The notes under the pieces are model-generated. The model searched no databases. It was not told the DNA's origin and worked only from the letters and a program-made list of their open reading frames with translations. Made by a program: the position numbers and the translations under genes. DNA of 63,112 bases, counting the filler, from Chiloscyllium plagiosum (Eukaryota): assembly GCF_004010195.1 (NCBI RefSeq). It is 4 parts of one record of this genome, joined end to end, with 100 filler letters (N's around TTAATTAATTAA, not from the genome) between each part and the next. Parts side by side here need not be neighbours in the genome. Positions count along the whole stretch, not along the records: positions 26,154 to 57,220 come from NC_057710.1; 3 more parts are not named here. One strand, given 5' to 3'. Positions 36,361 through 50,708 of this stretch are shown here, one piece after another. Within the stretch, counting starts at the first letter, position 1. Every line of letters starts with the position of its first letter.

Positions 36361-36519
36361 CTATGAATAATGTTATTTCAGAACTAAAATGTCATTAATA
36401 TATATGAATTTCTTGCCAGTGTCTGTAGACTTTAAACAATACAAATTTACATGTAATTTTGATAAATGAGCAGATTGTCTTTAATGACCGCTTGTGTAAA
36501 CTCTTAAGTAAGCTTGCAT

Positions 36520-37315
36520 GATAGCCTTGGACTCTGGTCATACTCTTCTCTGAGACAGAATATTGCCAAATCCCACTTCAGAGACTTAAATACAAAATTT
36601 TATTCAGTTCCTTGGTTGCATCCTGAGGGTCTTTTACCATAGAGAGTGGCAGTTTCTTGGAGCTGAGGAAGATGCCATGGCACTTTAAAAGAAAATGTAG
36701 AGTTCGACATTATAGTTTTAAAAAATAACTATGTTATTGTAATCAACCTGTTACGTTATGACACACACCTCCAGAACAGGTCTAACTCAAACACTCTGGC
36801 CCAGATGTTCTCCCAACTAGTTACTTTCTAATTGATCTGTACAGAGACCTTATTACACACCTCTGGAGCAGGACACGTTTAAACCCAGATCCCTTGGCTC
36901 AAAGCGAAGGACACTATTATTGTGCCGTAAGAACCCTTAAGTTCTCTCTTGTACTATGGACAACATTTATCCTTTAGTTAAACTTATTACAACAGATTGC
37001 TGCTGGGTCAAATACCTGGATCTCCCTTTCTAACTACACGATGTGTACCTACATTACATCATCTGCTGTAGTTCAAAAAGGTTGCTGATTACCTTGTGTG
37101 ATGGACAGTAAATGCTGAACAATAAATGCTGGCCTAGCCACATCTCATGAATAAGTCTATATTTAAAAAAAAACCTAACTATCCACAAATTGGTTGCTAC
37201 ATTTCCTGCATGTTTAAATGGAAATAACCAAACTTCAGAATTACTTAAGTAGCTATAAAGCATCTTGGATTGTCCTGAGGTTATGAATGATGCTACTCTA
37301 TGTAAGTATTTTTTA
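36520..37315 (+). mobile_element. Degenerate DeuSINE with internal insertions, downstream of SHLD3
   Basis: gatgccatggcact.., caacatttatcc.., ttggttgctacatttcct.. and a tail similar to 245-648. Confidence 0.5.
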
Positions 37316-38094
37316 GTATAAACTTTCTCATCAGAACAATTTTTCCTCTTCCCAGACACTTTGCAATTTCCTTGAACGTGTTTTCTGTATAGAAATACTC
37401 ATTCATTGATCTCGACTAAAAGTGTTTTTCATAGAGGTGTTTTGCAGGGCATTAGTAAATGGTCAATGGCATTGTGTCATTTTGAACTGAAAATTAAGTT
37501 TAATATCCTGGTCACTTGAGTTAATTGTTTTAGTTAGGATAGGGATCATGGCTTCAGCATTCCTGTACATAGGAGAATGGAAAGATAACTAAAATTCCAG
37601 TTTCTGGCCCCAATCCAGTGATTTTAGCTGAAGTATTGAATGTTTATAGTGGTTGGCTGTCAACTGGATCATGCCATCTTCAAAGTTGATTGCACTGTTC
37701 AAACAAAAGCTTATGCATCAAGTGTTTTCCGAGTTGGTACTTAATTAATGGTTTCAAGGGATGCTGATGCTGTGGTGCAATCTCTCAGTATGAGGAAAGA
37801 AAGGGAAATGAGAATAGCAAAAGTGCAATGCACTTTCATTATTTACATTTTTAGCAGGGCAGGCGAGATGATGCAGTTCAGAATTGTATTGGAGATGAGA
37901 ATGAAAACTGTCCAGATTTAATCTTGAATGAAACATGGTCTGCATAAAATGTGTAACTACACTGGAAATAAATATTTAAAAAATATGTTGCATTTGTCTT
38001 TTATTTACCTGAGTTTAGAAGCAATGAATAATGTTGAATTGTCAACTTTCATGAACACCCTTCTAACTTGCTTGTAACTGATGGACACGTTATC

Positions 38095-38410
38095 ACACGG
38101 TGGCACAGTGGTTAGCACTGCTGCCTCACAGCGCCAGAGACCCGGGTTCAATTCCCGCCTCAGGCGACTGACTGTGTGGAGTTTGCACGTTCTCCCCGTG
38201 TCTGCGTGGGTTTCCTCCGGGTGCTCCGGTTTCCTCCCGCCATCCAAAGATGTGCAGGGTCAGGTGAATTGGCCATACTAAATTGCCCGTAGTGTCAGGT
38301 AAGGGGTAAATGTAGGGGTATGGGTGAGTTTCGGCGGGTCGGTGTGGACTTGTTGGGCCGAAGGGCCTGTTTCCACACTGTAATCTAATCTAATCTAATC
38401 TAAATCTAAA
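38095..38410 (+). mobile_element. HE1-like V-SINE (tRNA-derived), near full length
   Basis: A box tggcacagtgg, B box gggttcaattccc, V domain tgtggagtttgcacgttctccccgtgtctgcgtgggtttcc, CR1-like tail and (taatc)n. Confidence 0.9.
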
Positions 38411-38481
38411 ACTTTTAACATATTCATTCCCAGCCTTACACCATACTACGGACCCACTTTTCTATGTGAGTGGGCTGGTAG

Positions 38482-38772
38482 TCATAGAGTCGTAGAGATG
38501 TACAGCATGGAAACAGTCCCTTCAGACCAGCTCGTCCATGCCGACCAGATATCTTACATTAGTCTAGTCCCATTTGCCAGCATTTGGCCCATATCCCTCT
38601 AAATCCTTTCTATTCCTATACCCATCTCAATACCTTTTAAACTGCTATAATTGTACCAGCTTCGCCACTTCCTGTGGCAGGTCATTCCTTACATGCACCA
38701 CCTCGGTGTGAAACAGTTGCCCCGTTGGGTTCCTTTTAAATCTTTCCCCTCTCACCCTAAACCCATGCCCTC
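38482..38772 (-). mobile_element. CR1 3' end
   Basis: Same terminus as the copies at 16138 and 50709. Confidence 0.85.
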
Positions 38773-39359
38773 AAGCAACTTGCTAACCTTCAAGTCTCTG
38801 AACAATAGCACCAATCAGACCATGCATTTTAAGTATAAACATGTCTGACGTTTTGTTTGTAATTTATGATCTATTGAAGAGTTGTATTCACAGAATCTAC
38901 ACATTTTCAAAGCTGAATATCTTCTCCGTTTAAACCTTAGTAGTTTTTTGCCATGATTCAGAATTTTGGCTCAAAATATTAATGCCAATATTATGTAATA
39001 ACTATTTACCTTATCCATTTTTCTCATATTTGTGAAAAATTTTGTACATGCTTTCAAGCTTATGAAGTCAATTCGGAGATTATACCACCCCGTTGTTTTG
39101 AATTGGAAACTGAAATGTCTACCAATTGGCTGAACAGCATGCTTAAGTCTTCATGTGACCTCTTGAACAGGCTTTAATTCGCAGCAATAATTAAAATTCA
39201 AGGACCATGCCTGCTATATGCTTCGTGTGCACAGGGACTGACCACAATGTTTATATAGATTTGTAAAGAATGGAAACAGGAGCAAGCCGTTTAGTTCCTT
39301 AATTGTATAAACTACTCCAGGTACAGTTGTCACAAGACTTGGCTACTTTTATATTCTGA

Positions 39360-42300
39360 TCCTTTGCAGGAATGGAAACTCTGCACTTTCTAATTTCTTG
39401 TCATACCTGCATGCTAACTATTTGATATTCACGTGCAAGGACGGACACGCATTTTTGTTCTCGAATTGGGTAACGTCACATTTTCTGACATCATACTTCA
39501 TCTGCCTCTGATTACTTCACCTATCTAGCTCCCTTTTCAGACTCTTTGCATCTTCCGCACCATATTGTTATCTTACCTATTTTTGTATCATCAGCAAAAT
39601 TGGCTACAGTGCAGTTGATCCCTTCTTCCAAATAATGAACATAGAGTGTAAATAAATGCAACCCTAGCACTGATCCTTGTTGCACTTCACTCAGCATGCT
39701 AAGCTGAAAATTACTTATTTATCCTTCCTTTATGACCTGTTAGTTAACCAAACCCCTCTCTATGCTAACATATTTCCAATAATGCCATGAACCTTGATCT
39801 TGTGCAGTAAATCTTCATGTGATATCTTTAGATTTAGATTACTTAGTGTGGAAACAGGCCCTTCAGCCCAACAAGTCCACACCGACCCTCCGAAGAGCAA
39901 GCCACCCAGACCCACTCCCCCACATCTACCCCTTCACCTAACACTACGGATAATTTAGCATGGCCAATTCACCTAACCTGCAAATTTTGGACTGAGAGGA
40001 AACTGGAGCACCCGGAGGAAACCCACCAAACACTGGGAGAATGTGCAAACTCCACACACACGGTTGTCTGAGGCAGGAATTGAACCCGGTTCTCTGGCAC
40101 TGTGAGACAGCAGTGCTAACTACTGTGCTGCCCACGTGCCCATCTTATCAAATGCCTTTTATGGAAATCCAAATGCATGACATCTATTACTTCCCCTTTA
40201 TCAAACCTACCTGTTAAATTATCAAAGAACTCTAATAAATTTAAGAAATGGTATTTCCCTTCCATAAAACTGATTATTATCTGATTTACTAAATATCTGA
40301 CTGCTCCCTCACTAATCCGTGTATATTCACAATGCAAGGTGTTGGGCTAATTGGCTTATATTTACTGCTTTCTGTCCATTTTTTTTTAATAGAAGTGATA
40401 TTTCTGCAGTTTTCTAATCTACTGGGATCTTTCCAGAATTTAGAGAATTTTTGGAGATTATAATCAATGCATCCATTATGACTTCAGTCACTTCAAGCCC
40501 TCAGGTTCATGAGACTAGTAACACTTCTGTCTCATTGGTGTTGTCAATACTTTTTTCTCTAGTTATTGTTTCAAGTAGCCACCCCTCCCTTTCCTTCTTT
40601 TCTATTGACCATTATTAAAAATGTTTTCTACTGTGAAGACAGGGACAAAATATTCAAAGTTTCAGTTGTTTCCTTATTTCCCATTATTAATCACCAATCT
40701 CATTCTTCAAAGGAACAACCTTCACTTTAGCTACTTGTTTCTTTTAATAAAAACTGTATTTGTGTTAATATTAACTGTATTCTATATCCATAGAAACATT
40801 TACTATCTGATCTTAATTTCCTGCTACTTTCCCCTCATTTTTTAAGCCAGTCTTTATTGATTTCTAAAATTTCGTCAATGTTCTGACCTACAACAATTCT
40901 TTGCAGTATTGCATATTTTTCACCTTTAATGCCTTTAAGTTTGAGATACCAATAATGGACCATATTCCTCATTCTGCAGTTGAATGTGAAATTCTATCAT
41001 GCGATCACTCTTACCTAGAACATCCTTTACAATATGGTCATAAATAAATCTTCTCTGTTTTGTCCCTTCCTAATGAACTCTGCACTCTGGTTATCACTAT
41101 CCTATTGTCCTTATCCTGTTGTATTATCCTATCCTATTGACACTGTCACATTGTCCTTTCTCTTTTACAAATATTCAAATCTCCACTTGCTTGAAGCTGT
41201 TTAATTTAAAACTCTCTTAATAGGCAAATATCGAGAATTTATTCGGATGAATAAATGATTGCTTAATGGACAGGAAGCAGAAAGTGGACATCATTGGGAC
41301 ATGTTCACGTTGGTGGGTTATGAGTTATGGGCTGTTGCAGGGATTAGTGCTGGTCCTCTGCTATTTAAATAATATTGTTGAAATAACACATCTGCTTACC
41401 AGTGGCATACAGGATTATGAGGATGGGGTAAATAAAAAATACTGAAGTGTTCGATCATTCATAATCCTAATGAATAATGGGGCATACTTGGTAGGCGTTG
41501 GGTAAACCATTTAAGCTATGTTCCTGTGCTAAGTTTGCTGATGATGCTAGGTGGAAATGTAAGTCCTTGTTTTCAACACAACTAAGTAAATGGACAACAA
41601 AATGGCAGAATGGTTATAGTGCCAGGAAACACAAGATTATTCAATTCAGTCCGAAGAATGGAAATCAGAATTTTTTTAATAACGTGAAACTTGGAAATTT
41701 TGTTCACATAAACTTTGTGTTTAAATCTGAAGCATAGCATGCAGGTGTAGATAACAATTAGTGCAAATAACATTTTAGCCTTGACTGCAAAAGGATTAGA
41801 GTACAAAAATGAGGAAATATTGCTATAATTATTTTGAGACCACACCTGGAATAGTGTTTTCAATTTTACTTTCCATTTTTGAGGAAGGAGAGAACTGCAT
41901 TGGAGGCAGTACACCAAAAAAATTGTTCTTGGGATTAGAGGCTGAGTAAATTGGACGTACAAGTGTGCAAGTTAGGTTGATAAGTTCATGACTGTGATTG
42001 TGGCTCAATTTTCCTGTCCACCTGTTACTTTTTTTATACCTTTCTAGTAAAATTCTGTCTATGACCTTGCCACCATCACTCTGGGGGTGAGAATTTTGCA
42101 AAGCAATGACCTACTGAGACAACATTTTCTTCTCCTCTCTGTCTGAAAGAGAAACTCTTATTTTTAAACTGTGTCCTAATTCTAGTCTCCTATATTCAGC
42201 CTGTAAAGTCCTGTCAGGAGCTTTATATTTCAATTAAATCATCTTTCTTTCTTCTAAACTTCAGTGGATACAGGCCCAAAACTATTCAGCCTTCCTCATA

Positions 42301-44200
42301 AGCCTAATTTCTTCTTTGCAGAGTGAATCTTCTCTGAACTACCTCTGATATTATATCCTTTCTCAAGTAAGGAAACCAAAACAATATACAGGATTCCTGA
42401 TGTGCATAATCTCACTAAGTCTGATTATAATTGGAGAAAAACTCCCTGCTTAAAGATCATTCCCTTTGCATTAAGTAGCAACATGCCTATTTGATGCCCA
42501 ATCACTCATTGTATTTGCCTGCTAACATTTTGTGATTCATGTACCAGGAGGCCCAGATCCCCCTCTACTGCAGAATTTTATGATATCTTTATATTTAAAG
42601 AACATACTGTATTTCTATTCTTCAAGCCAAAGTCAGCAAGTTTGCATTTTCCCACCAAATACTCCACCTGCCATTTTTTGTGCCCACTCACTTAACCTAT
42701 TTAACTTCCTTTTTAAATCTATGACCTCAACTTACTTTATAACCTGTCTCATTACTAAATTTGCCAACTGTACGTTTGGTCTCTCGTTCCAAGTTATAAA
42801 TATAGTTTGTAAAATAGTTGAGGTTGCAGCCCTGATGTCTGTGCCACTACAGCAGTTATATCTTGCAAATCTGACAATGACCTATTTATCCTTACTTATT
42901 GCTTGTTAGCTAACCAATCCACTACCCATGGTTATACTATACTCCTCACCATGAATTCTTGTGTGTAGTAACCCTCAATGTGATGCCTGATTAGATGCTT
43001 TTTGGAAGTCACAAGTATATCACATCCACCAATTCCCCTTCATCCATGTTGCTTGTTACTTCCTTAAAGAACCGTAACACAATGGTTAAGAATGAAAGAT
43101 GATGTTATAAAAACATTCAAGATTCTGAAGGGATTAGGTGAGAGGTTTTCTCTGACTCAGGAGTCTGGAACAGTCTTAGATTAAGAAGTTAATTGTTTAT
43201 ACCTGAAATGAGAAACTTCTACTTCAAAATGATACTTTAGAAGATTGTGGATGCTCAATTGTTAAACATTTTTAAAGCTGGGATAAGCAAGTCTTTGTTT
43301 CTCAAGGCTTCAAGGGATGTGGAAGCAGGTAGGAAAATTTAAATGGATGATCAGTCAAGATGGTTATGAATTGTGGAATAGACTCAAGCTGGATTGACTA
43401 TTTCCTACCTCTTGTATTTGTGGTTTTCCAGGATGCTCATCCCAGTGTTATTCAGGTAAAGGCCATTTCAGTTATACAATTCCCTCTTTCCCAGTAGACA
43501 ATCACATTCATTCTAAATAAGTGAAATTTCATTGCCTGTTTTTGGAGTAAATACTGTCTGTGATTGCTGCCATTTCTCCTCCAAAATTTTTGGCAGCTTC
43601 TAGAGTCTACCCATGCATAGTAAATTCAGGAATGTCCATAAGACTGCTACTAAAGTTTCCAAATTTTGTCTCCAGTCAGCAATCAATAAATTTTACTGAA
43701 TGAAGCAAAAAATGCTCTTTTAAGCACATTTGTTAAAAGCTTGAAACTCATTACATGCATTTAACATTGCACTAAATGTATATTTACTTAGGAAATGAGG
43801 AACAGGAGCTAGCCATTCCAGTCTGCTCCATCATTTTTAGAAGCTTTTGTTATCTTTATTATCTAGAAATCTATCAGTCTCTATCTTGAACAGATTCTAA
43901 ATGATCCTCCATAGCCCTCTGGGTAGAGAATTCCATGGTTCACAATCTTGTGAACAAATTTCTCATCTCAGTCCTCAATTAAAATTATTTAGAAACTCTG
44001 TCCCCTGGATCTCGACCACCCCCAAATTAGGGCATGCATGTTTTCTGCATCTACTCTGTCTAGTCCTTTAAGAATTTTCAAAGTTTCAATTAGATGACAT
44101 CACATTCTTCTAAACTCTCTATAAAATATAGTCCTAGTCTATTTAATCTCTCCTCATTTCATATCCTCTTTTCCCAGTTATGATTCTCAATAAAACTTCA
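39360..44200. mobile_element. Cluster of old, highly decayed CR1 fragments on both strands
   Basis: Residual motifs NLLEFFD..MHLDFHK and KFADD, with numerous stops. Confidence 0.6.
39828..40135 (-). mobile_element. HE1-like V-SINE inserted in an old CR1
   Basis: Reverse complement closely resembles 38095-38410. Confidence 0.9.
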
Positions 44201-45120
44201 TTGGCCTCCAATATATGTGTATGACAGCCAAATCATGACATACTGGGTTTCAAAACTTACTTTATTCAAAGATGAGAAAAATAATGCTGATCACACTATC
44301 TTAAAATGAATTGAATTGTGAAGCTTTGGTCTCACTTGTTCTATAAGATAATGGTTCTGAAGGGGTTAGTTATCATGTTGCATTGGCTCCACCTAGTCTA
44401 CTGATGTCAGACAGTCTATGACTGGAGATGAAGGGTCTATTCACATTTTTGGAGGTATTGTGTACCAGTTCCTGAGCACCCTACAAACTATAGCTGACTA
44501 ATGTACGTATACTATACTGCAATAAATTGAAATTTTGCTAAAGGAGTGTTTCTTCTGTAGATAATCTATGATGCTGTAGCCTCCACCACGATTTGCTGGA
44601 CAGGCTCAATACAAGGGAGGATTATAGTGTCAATGAACTACCTCAAGTAACCCTTACTTCACCAGTTTCTGAAACTGAGTGGCAAATTACACCAGGAATG
44701 ATCATTTAGCAAAGTACCAGATTAGCTCCACTGTGCATCCATGAGGTCAGTTGACACTTTTGACTAGAATCCTCACTCGGTGTCCAGAAAGTTTACAACA
44801 ATCCCCAGTGTTAATACTATTCTGAATCTGATATCATATGCTGCGTTGCCATGCCTGAGTACTTTCCCAAGCATTTCTCTGTGCTTGGTGTTCACAAACA
44901 AATCCAGGTAAGGCTACAAAACAACCTGTTCCTAAGCCAGCCAAGGTCATTGCAGTTACCTTCCAGCCAAAACAAGCTTTTTATGCTAAGCCTGTTTTTC
45001 ACATTTTCTTTCAATTGCTTTTTTCCATGTCCAGTTAACCCTTAATAACCTAGTTTGCAGGTATACCTTTTGTGCTAACAGTGTAGGTGTATAATAACAT
45101 CTCTGAACAGGTAGTCTAGA

Positions 45121-45341
45121 AAATAGGAAAAAAAGAACCAACTGTCTTGTGGGATTGGATGCATGTAGATCAGTTTGTGAAAAGACATATTTTCTACTCT
45201 AAAATACATTAATAATCTAGCTGGATTTTGAAATAGGAAAAAAAGAACCAACTGTCTTGTGGGATTGGATGCATGTAGATCAGTTTGTGAAAAGACATAT
45301 TTTCTACTCTTAAAATACATTAATAATCTAGCTGGATTTTG
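45121..45341. repeat. 110-bp tandem duplication (2 copies, one 1-nt indel)
   Basis: aaataggaaaaaaagaacc...aataatctagctggattttg at 45121-45230 and 45231-45341. Confidence 0.95.
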
Positions 45342-46307
45342 CTATCAGTTTTCAACATTTTCCCTTTTTATTTTTTAATTTGGGTTCAGATTGCTGGGTG
45401 CATTTTAAGCTGTATTGTCTTGAGTTTAATTTATGCTTCTGGACTATTGGTTCAGTAGCACAATTGCTATCGTGTACTCATGTGGAATGTGCCAGTAGCT
45501 CGAATCAACAAAATCACAGGGTTTAATTCCCAAAACATTAGTTAAAACTCCTGGGGTCTTGTGTAATTTAAAAAAAACAATTATCATTGGAAACCACTGT
45601 GCTTGCTTTATTTTCAGAGATGTGTTCTGCCCTGATAGAAATGAGATGTGAATTTAGAATCCTGTCTTATCTTTGTACGATTATTAGAATCCATGAACGG
45701 TAAACAATAATCACTGGGAAGAAAATCATTTCACTATCTACCACATGTTCCCTGTGCTACAAAAGCGAATACCAGCAAGATGACCAACTGTTATATCTGA
45801 AGCATAGTGACCTGTTGCCAGTGTCATGAAAGAAGATCACAAACCATTTGTGTGAATTCCCAATGGGTAGCAATTTGTAGTCGAACCTTTGCAGGGACAC
45901 CGCAATAATTAAACACTAGTGTGAATTTGTCATTTCTGTTAAAGATGTTTGAACTTGCTGAAAAATTCAATTTTATAAACAAACATTAATTACTTCTAAA
46001 AGTTTTGTATTACTAGGTTTTGTTGGATAAAGCTTTGAGATCTGGCAAAAAGCTGGTAATTGGAGTTGAACTACTGACTATTCAAAAATTGTTTAAATGG
46101 CAGAACAGATTTAAGGGCCTGAATGATCTGCTGTTGTTCCAATGTTCAATAATACTCTACCTTTTAATATTTTAACAGTAGTTAATGCCTGGTTAAATAG
46201 CCTAATGGTATAAAATTTGTGTCAAATGCAATTTGATTTTGACAAACTTTTTTTAACCTGGTCGATTTGACTTTTTGCTATATTTCTTTGTTTATTTTAT
46301 GTTATAG

Positions 46308-46376
46308 TGATGAGATTAACCAAACCGACATTATTTACCAACCTGCCAGTGACCTGTGAAGACAGAGATCTACCTG
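46308..46376 (+). CDS. TRAPPC13: TRAPPC13 coding exon 2
   Basis: ttatag| and |gtgag splice sites; (V)[22 protein letters not shown](G); phases fit exons 1 and 3. Confidence 0.96.
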
Positions 46377-47128
46377 GTGAGTCTGGATAGTCATTCAGTA
46401 TTAGAAAACAGTCCGCTATCATTTTGGCTAGAGTATCAACGTATAACACTTTGTGACGCAGCCTGATTTTAATCTGAGTGTTAACTTTTTTTTTCCTTTT
46501 CAGAGGCAACCTTTTGGTAATCTGAGAATTTTTAAACATTCATTGTTACTTTATATGCAAGTTTTCTGTGTACTTAAGAGTTCTGTTTCCTCCTTTCAGT
46601 CCTTTTCAGTGACAGTTTAATACAAATATGACAGACATGGGTCACTTCTTGTGAAGTCTATTACGTTTGTTTTAGAAAATTCCCATTTTGGTATGTAAAA
46701 TATCACCTTGCAAAGGCACATTGCTTAGAAAGCATCCTGCAAAAATAAAGTGGTGTTCACAATGCCATTTTATGGTGTGCTTTGGAATCATCCAATGTGA
46801 TGCCAAAAGAGACAGGACATAAATCTACTTGTCCTTTCTTTTCTTTTAGGCTGACTTTTTGTCTTTTGTGTGCAGACATTCTGGACATATTGCACTCAAC
46901 CCCTACCAACCAGTCACAGGTTTTCCACTGAATGTTAATCCAGAACTGCAATCTCTATGTGCTAGAGTTTGGAATGGGATCTGAACAAAGGCAAGAATGC
47001 CTCTGTGAAGCCGCAAGTTCATTTTGCCTAACCAGCTTTGTGACAGGATTATACGGTCCGTTCAGTCACAATATTCGTCAATACATTTCTAGGAATGCTA
47101 AAATCCATTTCTGACAATATTTGCAGTT

Positions 47129-47811
47129 CTCAACGTGTGTTAAGCTGGCTTGTTACACCATCTGTGACTGCAGAATGAAATTCATATGTTAATTTTAACG
47201 TCTCAGTGATTCTACGTTCTATTTCAGCACACCTTGACAATTACCTCATCTTTGTGTCTGTACAATTCAGATTGATTTGAATCCCAAGCTCCTTTTCGTT
47301 AATTGACTCTAAAATAACCTAGATCTAAAGGTTCCCCTTGTAGCTTGGAAATAAACACTCCTCCGAGTGCTCCTGTCCCATTCCTTTACTACTTCTATCA
47401 ATTGACTTGCTCAGTTTATGTAATGACCACACAACTATCTGACCTGTTAATTGTTGTTTGATATCTGTCTGTTTTTACAACAATGTCCTTTCCAAAGCCC
47501 ACTTTTCTGTACTGTATCCTCAACCTTCAATAGTTGTGTGAGAAAGGTTTTTCTCACAACACATTTCCTGCCTAAAATCTCCCCTTAGCTACCATGTCTC
47601 CAAGAAGAACAATCCCAACTTCTCTGGTGTATCCTCATAGCTGAAGTTTCTCATTCCTGGAATTATTGTAAACCTTTCTGCATTTCTCAAATGCATTCAC
47701 ATCCATCCTATAGCGTGGTGTCCAGAATTATATGCAAAACACTAAAATTAACATATGAATTTCATTCTGCAGTCTCAGATGGTGTAACAAGCCAGCTTAA
47801 CACACGTTGAG
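47129..47811. repeat. 69-bp inverted repeat pair (47129-47197 and 47743-47811), 1 mismatch
   Basis: ctcaacgtgtgttaagctgg...catatgttaatttta versus taaaattaacatatg...ccagcttaacacacgttgag. Confidence 0.95.
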
Positions 47812-48327
47812 GGTCTTTCTATGTTCAGCATAAAATCCTTGCTCTGGGGCTCTTAACATTACTAATGAATTCCAGGATGTTTTCTGCTTTCATAATGAGT
47901 CCCTGTGAATCACCATAACCAGGGTTGTGGTTCGGGCTTTAAAGTAAATAGTTGGGGTGGGAGGTAGAGGTTGGGTTCAGTTGTATGGAAATTATGGGGA
48001 AAAGTTAAGTAGGGAGAGGGCTCAGAAGAGGTTAGTTTCCAGAACAACTATGAGATGAAATATGAGAGTAACTGGCTCATAGAATAAAAAAAATTCGAGA
48101 TTTGTTTTAGACATCTACAAGGCAAGAGTGGATGGGGGACCGTTGGAAAATGGCCGGGAGAGGTTCTTGATTAGCAAGGCGATCAATGGTTATGGGGAGA
48201 AGGCAGCAGAATGGGGTTAAAAAACATTTCAGTCATGATTGAATGGCAGAGCAGACTCGAAGTGCCAATTCTGCTCCTGTATCTTATGGTCTTGTGGTCT
48301 TATGACAAATTACTGTTTTTGCCTTAG

Positions 48328-48427
48328 GAGATCTTTTCAGTCAACTTATGAAGGATGATCCCTCTACAGTTAAAGGAGCAGAGAACTTTATGTTGGGAGA
48401 AATGCTGACTCTCCCTCAGAACTTTGG
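48328..48427 (+). CDS. TRAPPC13: TRAPPC13 coding exon 3
   Basis: ccttag| and |gtaag splice sites; (G)[32 protein letters not shown](G); recalled human [34 protein letters not shown]. Confidence 0.96.
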
Positions 48428-48549
48428 GTAAGAATTTTCAATCATTCAGGCATATGTGTTCTTTCATTTTTGCTTTTCTGTCTCCACTTTACTACCTCAC
48501 CATGTACCAAACACACCAGTAAAGAACCCAAACAAGCAATTAGGAGGCC

Positions 48550-50705
48550 TAAAAGGCGTCATTAAATGTCTTTGGCCAACAGAATTAAGAAAAATCCCAA
48601 GCTGTTTATATACACAAAGGGAGCAAGAGGGTAGCCAGGGAAAGAGTGGGTCCACTCGAGGACAAAAGATGAAATTTACACATGGAGCCGAAAGAAGTGA
48701 ATGAGGTCATTATTGAGTGTTTTGCATTAGTATTTACAAAGGAGAAGGAGATGGTGAGTCTTAGAAGGGCGATGTTGATATCCTAGGGCATGTCAATATA
48801 AAAAAGGTGGTGATGTTGGGTGTTTTGAAAAGCGTTGAGGTAGACACATCGCCAGGGCATGATGAGGGAGGCACTGAGGATATTACAGGGGCCTGATATG
48901 AAATCTTTGTATCCTAGTCGCAGGAGAGGTCCCAGAAGACTGCAGAATAATACTCCTTTGTTTAGGAAGGGCAATGGGGATAATCTGGGAAATTACAGGC
49001 TGGCAAGCCTTGCATCTGTAGTAGGGGAATAATTGGAGAAGATTCTTAGGGATAGGACTTTTCTTCCACTCGTCGAATGTGGGCATCGCTGGTTGACCAG
49101 CATTAATTGCCCATCCTGAGTTGCCCTTCAGAAGGTAATGAGCTGCTCTCTTGAACTGCTGCAGTCCACATGTTGTAGGTTGGGGAGGGAATTACAGGAC
49201 CAGTGACAGTGAAAAAATGTTGATTATATTTCCAAGTTAGGATGGTGAGCAGCTTGGCAGGGAAGTTGTAGGTGGTTGTGTTCTCATGCATCTGCTGCCC
49301 TTGTCCTTCTCAATTGAAGTGGTCATGGGTTTGGAAGGCACTGTGGAAGGATCTTTGAATTTATGCAGTGTAACTTGTCAATAGTATACACTGCTGCTAC
49401 TGAACATTGGTGGAGAACGGAGTGGATGTGCCAATCGAGTGGGATGCTTTCTCCTGGATGCTGTCAAGCTTCTTCAGTGTTGTTGGAGCTGCACTCCTGC
49501 AATCAAAGGGGGAGTATTCCACCACGGTCCTCCTTTGATCCTTGTGTCTTGGTAAGGCTTTGGGGAGTCAGGAGCTGAGTTACTTGCTGCATCATTCCTA
49601 GCCTCAGACCTGATCTATTAGCCATTGTGTTTATGTGATGAGTCCAGTTGAGTGTCTGAGCAATGGGAATCCCAAGGATGTTGATAATTAGGGATTTAAT
49701 GAAGGTAACACTCTGAATGTCAAGGGGCGGTTGTTAGATTGTCTCTTATTGGAGATGGTCATTGCATGGTATTTGTGTGGCGCGACTGTCACTGCCACTT
49801 GTCAGGGTGAGCCTGGATATTGTCCAGATCTTACTGCATTTAAACATGAACATCTTCAGTATCTGAGGAGTTGTGAATGGTACAAAACACTATGCAATTA
49901 ATTTACTCACATTTTGAAAAATATAGACTTCTAAGCAATAGGCTGCATAGCATTTTGGGGGCAGGTCTTGTCTCTCGAATTTTATTGAGTTTTTTGAGGA
50001 AGTGATTGGTTGACAATGTTCCACATTGGCAAGCTTATTCAAAAGGTGAAGTGACATGGCTCTGAGAAGAGCTGTTAAGTTGAATACAGAACAGGCTTAG
50101 TCATAGAAGATTGAGAGTAGCAATGGAAGGGTGTTTTTCAGACTGAAGATCTGTGACCAAAGGTCTTCTGCACAGATTAGTGCTGGGACCCTTGTTATTT
50201 GTAATATATATATAGATCATTTGGAAGATAATATAAGTGGCCTGAGTAGTAAGTTTGTGGACAACACAAAGATTGGGGGAGCTATGAATAGTGTGAAAGA
50301 TTGCCAGAGAATACAGTAGGATATAGATGGGCTGGAAACTTAAGTGGAGAAACGACAGATGAAGTTTAATCTGGAAGCATGTCAGGTAGCATCAACTTAT
50401 AGAGGAATCTAAGTGTACAGTTCACAGTTCCTTGAAAGTGGCAACACAAGTGGATAAAGTGGTCAAGAAGGCATATGAAATGCTTGCCTTTGGTCCGGCA
50501 AAGAGTATAAACATTGGCAAATTGTGTTGCAGTTGTATTGAACTTTAGGTTACATTTAGACTATTATATACGTTTCTGGTCACCACACTACCAGAAGGAT
50601 ATGGAGGCTTTGGAGAGAGTACGGAAATAGTTTTCCAGGATGTTGCATGGTTCGGAGGATATTAGCTATGAGAGGAGATTGGACAAACTTGGTTAGTTTT
50701 CACTT
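48550..50705 (+). mobile_element. Old CR1 ORF2 interrupted by a minus-strand L2/Crack-like LINE (about 49070-49900)
   Basis: NPK.FY, NFIEFFEEV, SKFVDNTKIGG; the inserted segment resembles 21790-22440. Confidence 0.7.
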
Positions 50706-50708
50706 CGA

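Noticed and set aside
38095..38165. tRNA-like A/B boxes
   Set aside because: They are the head of a V-SINE, followed by the V domain and a LINE-derived tail; not a tRNA gene.
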